NCBI GenBank assembly: GCA_043827405.1
Contig: JBDRPD010000083.1
Coordinates: forward strand, 96,001-160,000
Direction: 5' to 3'
DNA length: 64,000 nucleotides
DNA from: Elusimicrobiota bacterium
GTDB lineage: Bacteria; Elusimicrobiota; Elusimicrobia; UBA1565
Numbering within the stretch: the stretch's first letter is position 1; each line of letters opens with the position of its first letter. The notes under the pieces were generated by a model. It did not search any database. It was not told the DNA's origin and was given only the letters and a program-made list of their open reading frames with translations. A program made the translations under genes and the position numbers. Of this stretch, positions 9,945-18,642 are shown piece by piece.

Positions 9945-9953
9945 TGGTATAAT
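9945..9953 (+). promoter_or_regulatory. Extended -10 element TGgTATAAT
   Basis: Consensus TATAAT 9948-9953 with TG, 8 nt before ATG 9962. Confidence 0.6.
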
Positions 9954-9961
9954 AAAGTCCT

Positions 9962-11362
9962 ATGCGGCGAATAGGCCTTTTGTCCTCGGTCGTGGTGCTG
10001 CTGTTATGCGCGGCGTTGGCAGGCGCGGTCGAGTGCAAGCCCAGGACTCCGAAAGCTCCCGTGAAAAAGGGAACGTTTAATCCTCTTTTCTTCGGCGAGG
10101 GCGGCGGGTTGGGGACGGTAACTCCGGATCAAAGCGACTGTTGGGAAACGATTTCCCGGCAGCAGGGCGGAGAGGGCGTCGCCGACATCCCCGCGCAGCC
10201 GAATGACGGGACTTCGCCGGCGTCCGAGGTTCCCGCTGAAGAGACGGAGACGCCGCAAGAGGGCGACGCCGGTATAGTGCAGCCTCCGGTGCTGCCGCCT
10301 GGCGGTCCCGTGGTCGAACCGGTTTTCGAGAAAGATGTCCGGATTCGCTACGCTCCCGGCGACGTGCGCAATATCCCCCGCCGCTGGCCGGGACCGCGAC
10401 GGTCCAGCCCGCAGAATTCAGCCGTCGCCGCGCCGTCCGATATCGTCGGGCAGGATGAGGAACTGCGCGATGCGCCCGCCTCGGCTGTGCAGTATTCGCT
10501 GTGGAATAACCTGAGCACGCCGCTGCTGCTGCCGGCGGCCGATACCGGCAGCATCTCTATGGATCAGGCCAAGTCCTTGGGACGCCGGGATTACGAGCAG
10601 CATATCCTGGCCGCGGGTATGCCCGAGCGGCGCGCTTCCGCGGTGGCCGGCGAACATGTCCTTGAAGGCCGTTTCACTCCCGCGGTCGAGGTCGAAGCCC
10701 CCAATATTCAGGATCGGGTCCCGATCGTAGTGGAATTGGATGTGCGTACGGCTCCCGGGGATTTTCGGGATGCCGTTGCCGGATTGTCCGCCGTCAGCGG
10801 ATTCTCGCGGGATGAGCGCTTCGCGCCGCGGTTTCTCGGCGCCAAGCAGGAGCGCGTGGCGGTGCGCGGCTGGATTCATCCGCGACAGTTCACCGACGTG
10901 ATGGCCCGTCCGGAAGTGCTGCGCGTGGAGCAGGACCGGGCCGTCGCCAAGGCCGCGTCGGCGCTCGAACGGGGGTTTACGGAGATCCTCGTCGGGGTGC
11001 GCATCCCGCCGGAAAGCTCCCCGACGGAGGCGCTTAAGCTCGCCGTCGCCCGGCTGAGTGAAAGCGCCGGCTTCGAGCTCAAGAAAACGATCGGCTATCA
11101 GCGCATTCCGGGAACCAGTAAAATGGTCCTGATTGTTTCCGGCCGCGTGCCGGTCCGCCGCCTCTCCCGGGTTATGGCGGACCCCGCCGTTGTTAAAGTC
11201 GCGCCGGCGCCGGGGAGTGCCGCGCCGCCGCCCGTCGCTGCTTCTCCCGCCTGGCTTGACGCGCCGTTGCGGTGGGCCGGGAACCCGGTTCTTTGGGTGC
11301 TGCTCACGATGCTGGGGATCATGATATTCCTCCAGCTGCGCCTGCGCCGGCGCTCGCGGTAA
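9962..11362 (+). CDS. Exported protein with Pro/acidic region, two repeated alpha/beta domains and a C-terminal TM anchor
   Basis: Signal peptide (LAGA-V); two similar segments ending 'VMARPEVLRVE' and 'VMADPAVVKVA'; C-terminal TM plus RLRRRSR. Confidence 0.65.
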   Translation: MRRIGLLSSVVVLLLCAALAGAVECKPRTPKAPVKKGTFNPLFFGEGGGLGTVTPDQSDCWETISRQQGGEGVADIPAQPNDGTSPASEVPAEETETPQEGDAGIVQPPVLPPGGPVVEPVFEKDVRIRYAPGDVRNIPRRWPGPRRSSPQNSAVAAPSDIVGQDEELRDAPASAVQYSLWNNLSTPLLLPAADTGSISMDQAKSLGRRDYEQHILAAGMPERRASAVAGEHVLEGRFTPAVEVEAPNIQDRVPIVVELDVRTAPGDFRDAVAGLSAVSGFSRDERFAPRFLGAKQERVAVRGWIHPRQFTDVMARPEVLRVEQDRAVAKAASALERGFTEILVGVRIPPESSPTEALKLAVARLSESAGFELKKTIGYQRIPGTSKMVLIVSGRVPVRRLSRVMADPAVVKVAPAPGSAAPPPVAASPAWLDAPLRWAGNPVLWVLLTMLGIMIFLQLRLRRRSR

Positions 11363-11444
11363 ACTCCCTTTATTTTTGGACTAATTCCGCAGGTTCGGCC
11401 CGTTTTCCCCGGTAGTTATAAAGGAATATGTAACGTGTGCGGTC

Positions 11445-11473
11445 TTGACACGGTATGATTTAGCGGTTATCTT
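11445..11473 (+). promoter_or_regulatory. Sigma70-type promoter of ftsX::envC-ctpA
   Basis: TTGACA 11445-11450, 17-nt spacer, TATCTT 11468-11473. Confidence 0.65.
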
Positions 11474-11512
11474 TAGTGGGGCGCCGGGTGTTGAGAGCGC
11501 CTTTTTTTTTGT

Positions 11513-13450
11513 ATGAGAATTCCGGAGAAAAGTCTGCTGTTCTTGTTCCTTCTTGGAGCCGTAGGAGGGCTTTTGGGAGAGAGCGTCCTTTTTATGCGGG
11601 CGCACTGCCGCAAGGTGGAGCAGCTGCTTGCTGATGATTTTCGAGCGATCGTGTTTCTTGATCGCGGCGTGGGAGAAGAACGCCGTAAAGTCGTGCAAGA
11701 GAAGATTCTCGCGCTGCCGGCCACGGCCGGAGCTCGTTATGTGTCCTCTCGCGACAGCTTGGCGGTGATAGAACAGGAAGCCCCGGACCTCGCTGGCACG
11801 GTGGCGCTGTTTAGCGGCAGCCCGCTGCCGGGAGCCTTTGAGGTCAAGTTCGAGGACGGCCGGCTGGATGGGCTGGACGCATGGCTGAGCGAAGTCCGCG
11901 CTATTCCCGAGGTGCGCGACATCCGCTATAAGCACCTGCAGGCGGCGGCCGTCATGCAGATCCGCTTCTATGCGGGTTTTCTGACGTTGATCGTTTGCCT
12001 CGCGGTTCTCGTCTGGGCCGGTGCCGCCATCAGCCTTATCGTCGCCGCGGGCTGGCGCGAATTCGGTCTGCTGAAGGTGTTTGACGCCCCGCAGGAAATA
12101 CGGCGGCGTGTGGCCGCCGCCGGCGCGGGCACGCTCGCGGGAATGGCCGGCGCGTTGGCGCTCGCCCTGCCCGGGATGGCCGGTGAAGCTTTACGCGCCT
12201 GGCCGTCTTGGGGTCTGCAGCTGCTGCTGGCCGCGGCCGGAACGGGCGTCGGCCTGTTCTTCCGCGGACCGGGATCCGGCGGCCGCACGCGCGGCCGTGA
12301 AAGCGCGGCGCGCGGCGTTAGCCGCCTGGTCGCCGCCGTGTTGGCGTTCGCGCTCGTCGCCCCCGCGTCCACGGCCGGCGCCGCCACGGTGCGGGCGAAG
12401 ACGAAAGAACTGCAGCAGGTGCAGAAAGAGCTCAGGCGCCGCAAGCAGGCGCTGAATGAAACCCGGAAAGAGGAAGCGGCTCTGCGCCGGGATTTCAAGG
12501 AGAAGCAGCGCCAGCGTGAGCACACCCAGCATTTGCTCCGGCGGCTGGAGAACCGGAACGCCAAGAAGGAGCAGGATTGGAAGGCTCTCGGCGTTCGGTT
12601 GGATGCGCTGGATACCGCTCGCGCCGAGGGCTTGGAGGTCCAGGCGGAGGAGGTCGGCGATTATCGCCAGCGTCGCGCCGAACAGACCGACTATTACGGC
12701 AGCCGCGGGTTATGGGAAGACTCTCTGCGCCGTGCGGCAATACGGGAAAAGACCATCTATCTGGCTCGGCTCGGCGCATTCTCTCAGCAGGTCTCGTCCC
12801 GCCATCTGGCGGTGCAGAACGAGAGCCGCGTGCTGCGCGCGCAGAAAATGCGGACGCTGGCCGACCTGGAAGGCAAGGCCCAGCGATTGCAGCAGGCGCA
12901 GCGGGCCTATTCGCAGGTGAAAGAGAAAGCGGAGCTTGAGCGGCGGCGGCTGCAAGAGCTTGAGGAAAACGCCAAGGCGCTCGCGGCGCTGATTCAGAAG
13001 CTGCGCAAGCGGGCGACCGCCGCGCGGCAACCGGCTTCAAGCACTCCGGCCTTCGCCCGCCATTCGCTGCCGTGGCCGGCGAGCGGGAAGGTCCTTTCGA
13101 CATACGGCAAGAAGCGTGTGCCGAAACTCAATACTTGGGTGATCCAGAACGGTATCGAGATCGGCGCTTCGTCGGGAAGCCCCGTGCTCCCGGTAGCGGG
13201 AGGTGAGGTGATCTACGCCGGAGAGTTCCGCTCTTACGGCCGGGTTGTGATCGTTGATCATGGCGGGGGATTTGTCAGCATATACGGCCAGTTGGGGAAG
13301 ATCCATCAGAAGAACGGTGAGCGCGTCGCTCCGGGCCGCGCGCTCGCCACTGTAGGTAGTCGAAAGGATGGGGATGGAGGCCTGCTCTATCTCGAGCTGC
13401 GGCAAGGTCCCGGCTCACTCGATCCCAGCGCGTGGCTCAAGAAGCGGTAG
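11513..13450 (+). CDS. FtsX-like membrane protein fused to an EnvC-like coiled coil/degenerate M23 (LytM) domain
   Basis: TM1 plus FtsX extracellular domain (YVSSRDSL, SPLPGAFEV), further TMs, long coiled coil, then LPWPASG, NGIEI, YGRVVIVDHG and LYLELR; single open frame. Confidence 0.82.
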   Translation: MRIPEKSLLFLFLLGAVGGLLGESVLFMRAHCRKVEQLLADDFRAIVFLDRGVGEERRKVVQEKILALPATAGARYVSSRDSLAVIEQEAPDLAGTVALFSGSPLPGAFEVKFEDGRLDGLDAWLSEVRAIPEVRDIRYKHLQAAAVMQIRFYAGFLTLIVCLAVLVWAGAAISLIVAAGWREFGLLKVFDAPQEIRRRVAAAGAGTLAGMAGALALALPGMAGEALRAWPSWGLQLLLAAAGTGVGLFFRGPGSGGRTRGRESAARGVSRLVAAVLAFALVAPASTAGAATVRAKTKELQQVQKELRRRKQALNETRKEEAALRRDFKEKQRQREHTQHLLRRLENRNAKKEQDWKALGVRLDALDTARAEGLEVQAEEVGDYRQRRAEQTDYYGSRGLWEDSLRRAAIREKTIYLARLGAFSQQVSSRHLAVQNESRVLRAQKMRTLADLEGKAQRLQQAQRAYSQVKEKAELERRRLQELEENAKALAALIQKLRKRATAARQPASSTPAFARHSLPWPASGKVLSTYGKKRVPKLNTWVIQNGIEIGASSGSPVLPVAGGEVIYAGEFRSYGRVVIVDHGGGFVSIYGQLGKIHQKNGERVAPGRALATVGSRKDGDGGLLYLELRQGPGSLDPSAWLKKR

Positions 13451-13465
13451 CTTAGGAGAATGGTT

Positions 13466-14809
13466 ATGAACGGCTTTAAACGGAACAAACGACGGACCCT
13501 GCTGGCGGCGGCGTGTCTGATACTCTTTACCGGATTTGCCTCGCCGCGCGCGCGGGCGGCGGTCGACAACACCTACGAACAGCTGAAGCTGCTTGTCGAT
13601 ATCCTTGACTACATCAAAGAAAACTACGTCGAGGAAGTGAAAGGCGAGGACCTTATCTACGGCGCGGCGCGCGGGATGGTCAAGACGCTCGACCCCTTCT
13701 CCCAGTTTATGACGCCGGACATGCATAAGGATATCAAGACCGAGACCGAAGGGCAGTTCGGCGGGCTGGGTATCCGCATCGGCATGCGCAGCGACTGGCT
13801 GACGGTTATTACGCCGCTGCCGGGAACGCCCGCGTTCCGGTCGGGGGTATATCCCAACGACCGTATCATAAAGATCGAGGGGGAGTCGACCAAGGGTATT
13901 TCGCTTATCGACGCGGTCAAGAAGCTGCGCGGCAAGCCGAATACTAAAGTGCTGATTACCGTAGCCCGCCAGCTGGAAAAGGAAGGGCAGGCGGGAGCGG
14001 AAGAGGCCAAGGCGGAGGAGGAGGGCAAGGAGCACGAGGAATGGATTACGAAGGATATTTCGATCATGCGGGAGATCATTAAAATCCAGAGCGTGCAGTC
14101 GCGCATGGTCGGCGACGATATCGGCTACGTAAAGATTATTGAGTTCAGCGCGCATACTTCAAATGATACGCGGAGGCTCGTGCAGGAGCGGATCAAGGAC
14201 GGCGCCACCTCGCTGGTTCTCGATCTGCGCAACAACCCCGGCGGACTGCTGACGGCGGCGGTGGACGTAAGCGCGTTCTTCCTCGGCGACAGCAAGCTCA
14301 TCGTATACACCCAGGGGCGCAACCCCGAGAACCGGCAGGAATTTCGGGCCGGGGCCAAGGCGGCGTTCAGCAAGCTGCCCATGGTCGTGCTCGTCAACGG
14401 CGGTTCCGCGTCGGGGAGCGAGATCGTCGCCGGCGCGCTGCAGGACCACCGGCGGGCGGTGGTCGTCGGCAAGCGGACGTTCGGAAAAGCCAGCGTCCAG
14501 TCCGTTATTCCGTTGTCGGACGGTTCTGGCCTGCGGCTTACGGTCGCCAAGTACTACACGCCGACCGGCCGAATGATCCACCGTGACGATGACGGTAAGG
14601 GCGGTATCGTACCGGATATCACCGTCAATGTGAGCAACGAGACCGAGGTTAAGCTGCAGATTCAGTCCGAGCAGGTGTTTAAGCAGGGGGAGACCCCGGA
14701 GTCCGTCATCGAGAAGAATAAGCGCGTGGCGGACGAGGCGTTGGACCGTGCCGCGGAGCTGCTGCGCGCAAGGGAGGTTCTGAGCCAGCTCAGCGCGACC
14801 GACGGCTGA
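13466..14809 (+). CDS. ctpA: Carboxy-terminal processing protease (S41A)
   Basis: LDPFS, PDZ (FGGLGI), LDLRNNPGG, SASGSEIVAGALQD, TFGKASVQ; AGGAG 7 nt before ATG 13466 (ATG 13460 is an alternative). Confidence 0.95.
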   Translation: MNGFKRNKRRTLLAAACLILFTGFASPRARAAVDNTYEQLKLLVDILDYIKENYVEEVKGEDLIYGAARGMVKTLDPFSQFMTPDMHKDIKTETEGQFGGLGIRIGMRSDWLTVITPLPGTPAFRSGVYPNDRIIKIEGESTKGISLIDAVKKLRGKPNTKVLITVARQLEKEGQAGAEEAKAEEEGKEHEEWITKDISIMREIIKIQSVQSRMVGDDIGYVKIIEFSAHTSNDTRRLVQERIKDGATSLVLDLRNNPGGLLTAAVDVSAFFLGDSKLIVYTQGRNPENRQEFRAGAKAAFSKLPMVVLVNGGSASGSEIVAGALQDHRRAVVVGKRTFGKASVQSVIPLSDGSGLRLTVAKYYTPTGRMIHRDDDGKGGIVPDITVNVSNETEVKLQIQSEQVFKQGETPESVIEKNKRVADEALDRAAELLRAREVLSQLSATDG

Positions 14810-14841
14810 GCGTACGCGAGACATTCGTTCTATTGGCGTCT

Positions 14842-15900
14842 ATGACCATACTCGGCATCGAGACATCCTGTGACGAGACATCCGCGGCCGTGGTCCGGGG
14901 ACGGCGCATCCTTTCCAGCGTCGTTTCCTCCCAGGTGAAGTCGCACGCGGCGTTCGCCGGCGTAGTACCCGAGCTGGCGAGCCGTATGCATATGGAGCTG
15001 CTTCCGGCCGTTATCGGGACCGCTTTGACGCGCGCCTTCGGCCGGCGGGCGGGGCTGCACGATCTGGGGCGCCGGGTCGATGCGGTTGCCTTTACGCAGG
15101 GGCCCGGCCTGATGGGCGCTTTGCTCATCGGCAAGGTCGCGGCGCAGGCGCTGGCGGAGGCGCATGGCCTGCCGTTGGTCGGGGTGAACCACCTCGAGGG
15201 ACACGCCTTGGCGATGGGGCTGGTTCGCCGCATTGCGCCGCCGTTTTTGTCGCTGATCGTTTCCGGCGGACATACCGAACTGGTTCTCGTCCGGGCGCCG
15301 GGACGCTACCGGGTGCTCGGGCGCACCCGCGACGACGCCGCCGGCGAGGTCTTCGATAAGGTCGCCAAGTTCCTGCGCTTGGGCTACCCGGGCGGGCCGG
15401 CCGTCGATCGCTGCGCCCGGAGGGGGGACCCGCGTGCCGTCGATTTTACGCGGCCGTTCATGCCGGGGACCTGGGATTTCTCCTTTTCCGGTCTGAAGAC
15501 GGCGGTGCTGTACTACGTGCGCGACGCGGGCTACGCGGAGGCCGGCCGCGTCCGTCCCGCCGTCCCCGCGCGAAGCCGTCTGCCGCGCAAGTTCACGGCG
15601 GATCTCTGCGCATCATTTCAGGAAGCCGTGGTGGATACGCTGGTCGAAAAGACGTTCGCGGCGGCTCGCCGGTACCGCATCCGGACGATTGTCGTGGGCG
15701 GCGGCGTGGCGGCCAATCGCCGTCTGCGACAGGTCTTCTCCCAGCGCGCCGGCAAGATGCGCGTCTATTTCCCGCCGGGTGATTTATGCACCGACAACGC
15801 GGCGATGATCGCTTTCGCCGCGGAACAGCGGCTGCGCCGCGGCCGCCCGCCCCGCCGCAGCGGGGTGAACCCCTCCATGCAGATTCGGAGCTGGGCATGA
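14842..15900 (+). CDS. tsaD: tRNA N6-adenosine threonylcarbamoyltransferase
   Basis: ILGIETSCDET, HLEGH, VSGGHT, DDAAGE, SFSGLKT, CTDNAAMI. Confidence 0.97.
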   Translation: MTILGIETSCDETSAAVVRGRRILSSVVSSQVKSHAAFAGVVPELASRMHMELLPAVIGTALTRAFGRRAGLHDLGRRVDAVAFTQGPGLMGALLIGKVAAQALAEAHGLPLVGVNHLEGHALAMGLVRRIAPPFLSLIVSGGHTELVLVRAPGRYRVLGRTRDDAAGEVFDKVAKFLRLGYPGGPAVDRCARRGDPRAVDFTRPFMPGTWDFSFSGLKTAVLYYVRDAGYAEAGRVRPAVPARSRLPRKFTADLCASFQEAVVDTLVEKTFAAARRYRIRTIVVGGGVAANRRLRQVFSQRAGKMRVYFPPGDLCTDNAAMIAFAAEQRLRRGRPPRRSGVNPSMQIRSWA

Positions 15901-17117
15901 GGGAGATCGAGATTTGGCTGCTGCCGAACAACGGCTATGAAACGGTTCCGAACTTTAAGAATCATCTGGCGTCCTACCTGCGCGAGCATCCCGCCGTGTC
16001 CGCGTTCGCCAAGGTGCGGACGCTGATTTCCCTGTGGGAGGATCTCTTCCGGTTGATAAAAAATCCGCATCACCGTCCGCGACCGGACATTATTCAGATT
16101 CCCGCGCGCTGGACGTCGTCTTTGGCGCACCTGGGGCTGCTGCAGGACCTGCGCGACCTTGATGGGCAGCTGGATTTGCGGAAGTGGTTCCCGCCGGTGC
16201 AGGATAACTGCCGTCTCGAAGGATCGGGACGCATCTACTCGCTGCCGTGGTGGATGGAGCTGCGCGTCGTGTTCTATCACCGCGACAAGCTGAAGCGCGC
16301 CGGTGTTGAGCCTGAAGCGCTGGCGGATTGGAGGGGATTCAAGGAGGCTTGTGCCGCGCTGGCCGCGGCCGGCTTCCGGTATCCGGTGGCTAATCCCAAT
16401 CCGCGCGAATCAGTGGCGCTGACCGATGTGGCGCCGAGCGTATGGTCCCGGGGAGGGTACTTCTTCTCCGCCGACGGCTCGCGCTCCCGTTTTCAACGGG
16501 AGGAAGCCTATCGGGCGATCGGCGACTATTTTGATCTCGTGGACCGCGGCTGGATGCCGCTCAAGGGACAAGGCGGCTCCGTGCGGAAAACCCTATTCTC
16601 CGACGACTGCGCCATTGAGCTCGCCGGAAGATTCCCGCTCCCGCCGTCGACGCGGCGCACGCGCGCCGCGGACGGCCTGCCGAAGGATATCGGGGTGGCG
16701 CCCTATCCTGACGGGAGCGGCCGGGGGTCGGCGGCGCTGCAGGTTGAAAATTTGGCGATGCTGCGCGGGGTGGAGAGCCCGCGCGAGGTCTATGCCTTGC
16801 TGCGCGAGCTCACGCGCGATACGGCGGCGGCGGGCTATGCGCGCACGATCGGCGCGCTGCCGGCGACCGAGGGGGAGCTCGCTAAGTGCCTTGATGCCTG
16901 CCCGGAGTTTAAGGAAGTGTTCCGCGGCGCGATGGGCGTCATGCGCACCTATCCGAACATGCGCGTAATGGGCACGCTGGAGAAGGTGTTTAATCGCAGC
17001 ATGGAGCGCCTGGTCAGCGACGTCCTGCACCGGGACTATAATTCCGAAGTTTTGCGGCGCGAGTTGATTCACGCGGCCGCTGAGATCGACTACGTGCTGA
17101 GCCTGTACGGCGGATGA
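15897..17117 (+). CDS. Solute-binding-protein family 1 (sugar-binding-like) fold protein with no evident signal peptide
   Basis: PDIIQI...W...LAHLGLLQDL and GRIYSLPW...VVFYHRDKL motifs; ATGA coupling to tsaD. Confidence 0.72.
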   Translation: MREIEIWLLPNNGYETVPNFKNHLASYLREHPAVSAFAKVRTLISLWEDLFRLIKNPHHRPRPDIIQIPARWTSSLAHLGLLQDLRDLDGQLDLRKWFPPVQDNCRLEGSGRIYSLPWWMELRVVFYHRDKLKRAGVEPEALADWRGFKEACAALAAAGFRYPVANPNPRESVALTDVAPSVWSRGGYFFSADGSRSRFQREEAYRAIGDYFDLVDRGWMPLKGQGGSVRKTLFSDDCAIELAGRFPLPPSTRRTRAADGLPKDIGVAPYPDGSGRGSAALQVENLAMLRGVESPREVYALLRELTRDTAAAGYARTIGALPATEGELAKCLDACPEFKEVFRGAMGVMRTYPNMRVMGTLEKVFNRSMERLVSDVLHRDYNSEVLRRELIHAAAEIDYVLSLYGG

Positions 17118-17139
17118 GGGGGAGAGCCGCGCGAAAGAT

Positions 17140-18642
17140 ATGAGTCCGGTGCGCAAACAGCAAGAGGAACTGTACCGGTTCCATAAGGAGCTCAACCGGC
17201 CCTTTTCGGGACCGGAGGAGCTGCTGTCACGCGGGCTGCGTTGCATCGCGGAGCTGCTGCGCGTTGATCGGATCAGCCTGTTCGACTACCGGCCCGAATC
17301 CCGGGAGCTGGCGCGGCGCTGCTGTCTCAACCGCGATCTGTGGCTGGAGATGGGCGAGGAGATATACCTTCCGGAAGGTTCGGACCTGCACAAGCTGGCC
17401 GTCGGGCGCGCGGCCTACGTCGGCTTCGTAAAGCCGCATCCGATACTCTACCTGCCGCTGTGCTGGCCTCCCGGCAAGGAGAGCGAGACGCTCGGCATCC
17501 TGCGCCTGGAACGCACCGGCGGCAAGCAGGCGCTCTCCGCTGCTGAGCGGGATTTCGCCCTGGGACTGGCGGCCGAACTGGCGCAGAACCTGCAGATGGA
17601 ACAGGCGACCAATGTTCGCAAGCGGCAGCTTAAGCGCATGGAGACGCTGACGGACCTGACGGCCATCTTCGCGACGTCGCTGCGCGTGGAAGACGGCCTA
17701 AAGCTGATCCTGCAGGGAATCGCGCAGCATTTCCAGCTCGATCGCGTACGCCTCTATCTCGTTGAGCACGGCCGCGAAGTCCTGCGCGGCGAGCTCTCGG
17801 TCGACATCCGCGGGCGGGTCGTCGGACTGCGTTCGGTCGAGATCCCGCTCGCCTCCAGCGAGCATCGCTTCGCCAAGATCCTGCGCGGCGAGGGGCTCGA
17901 CGAGCATATGAAGCGTTATCAGGAACGCGTCGTTTATCTGCCGCTGACGGTGCAGGGCGAGAAGAAGGGGCTGCTGATTGTCGACAACCTGATCTCGCAG
18001 CAGGCGATCGAGGGGCAGGATATCGGCTTGTTGAAATCGTTCGCCGGCCAGATAGCTCTCGCGGTCGACAACGCGCGGCTGTTTGATGAGGTTCAGGCAT
18101 TGTCGCTCTATGACAGCCTGACCAACCTGCCGGTGCGCCGCTTTTTTGACCAGCGCTTCCAGGAGGAGCTTTACCGGGTCGAGCGCTCAACGCAGCCGCT
18201 GTCGGTCGCGATGATTGATATCGACTATTTCAAGAGCGTGAACGACACTTTCGGCCATCAAATCGGCGACCAGGTGCTCAAGGAGATCGGGCGGATCATC
18301 CTCAAGAACCTCCGTAAGATCGATTTCCCCTCGCGCTACGGAGGCGACGAGGTGCTTATTCTGCTGCCGCAGGCGAACGAGGATGAGGCGCTCGCGATTA
18401 TGACGCGGCTCAGCCAGTCGCTCAAGGAGATTCGTATTCCGGTGCCGTTTTCCCGGCAAAAGGAGCTGTCGGTGACGGTTTCGGTCGGCCTCGCTTCGTT
18501 TCCGGCGGACGGCCGCAGCCAGAAACAGCTGCTGCAGAAAGCCGACGAAGCGCTCTATTGGGTTAAGTCGCGGGGGCGCGATGGCGTTTCGACGTATCGG
18601 CAGGCCGTCGCCGAAAGTCCGTCTTTGGTGGATAGAGAATGA
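17140..18642 (+). CDS. Diguanylate cyclase with two GAF-like domains
   Basis: AVDNARLF, DSLTNL, DIDYFKSVNDTFGH, RYGGDEV active-site motif and RKID (RxxD) I-site. Confidence 0.92.
   Translation: MSPVRKQQEELYRFHKELNRPFSGPEELLSRGLRCIAELLRVDRISLFDYRPESRELARRCCLNRDLWLEMGEEIYLPEGSDLHKLAVGRAAYVGFVKPHPILYLPLCWPPGKESETLGILRLERTGGKQALSAAERDFALGLAAELAQNLQMEQATNVRKRQLKRMETLTDLTAIFATSLRVEDGLKLILQGIAQHFQLDRVRLYLVEHGREVLRGELSVDIRGRVVGLRSVEIPLASSEHRFAKILRGEGLDEHMKRYQERVVYLPLTVQGEKKGLLIVDNLISQQAIEGQDIGLLKSFAGQIALAVDNARLFDEVQALSLYDSLTNLPVRRFFDQRFQEELYRVERSTQPLSVAMIDIDYFKSVNDTFGHQIGDQVLKEIGRIILKNLRKIDFPSRYGGDEVLILLPQANEDEALAIMTRLSQSLKEIRIPVPFSRQKELSVTVSVGLASFPADGRSQKQLLQKADEALYWVKSRGRDGVSTYRQAVAESPSLVDRE

Noticed and set aside
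11381..11935. 184-aa minus-strand ORF across the ftsX promoter
   Set aside because: Antisense to ftsX, with no motif, SD or promoter support
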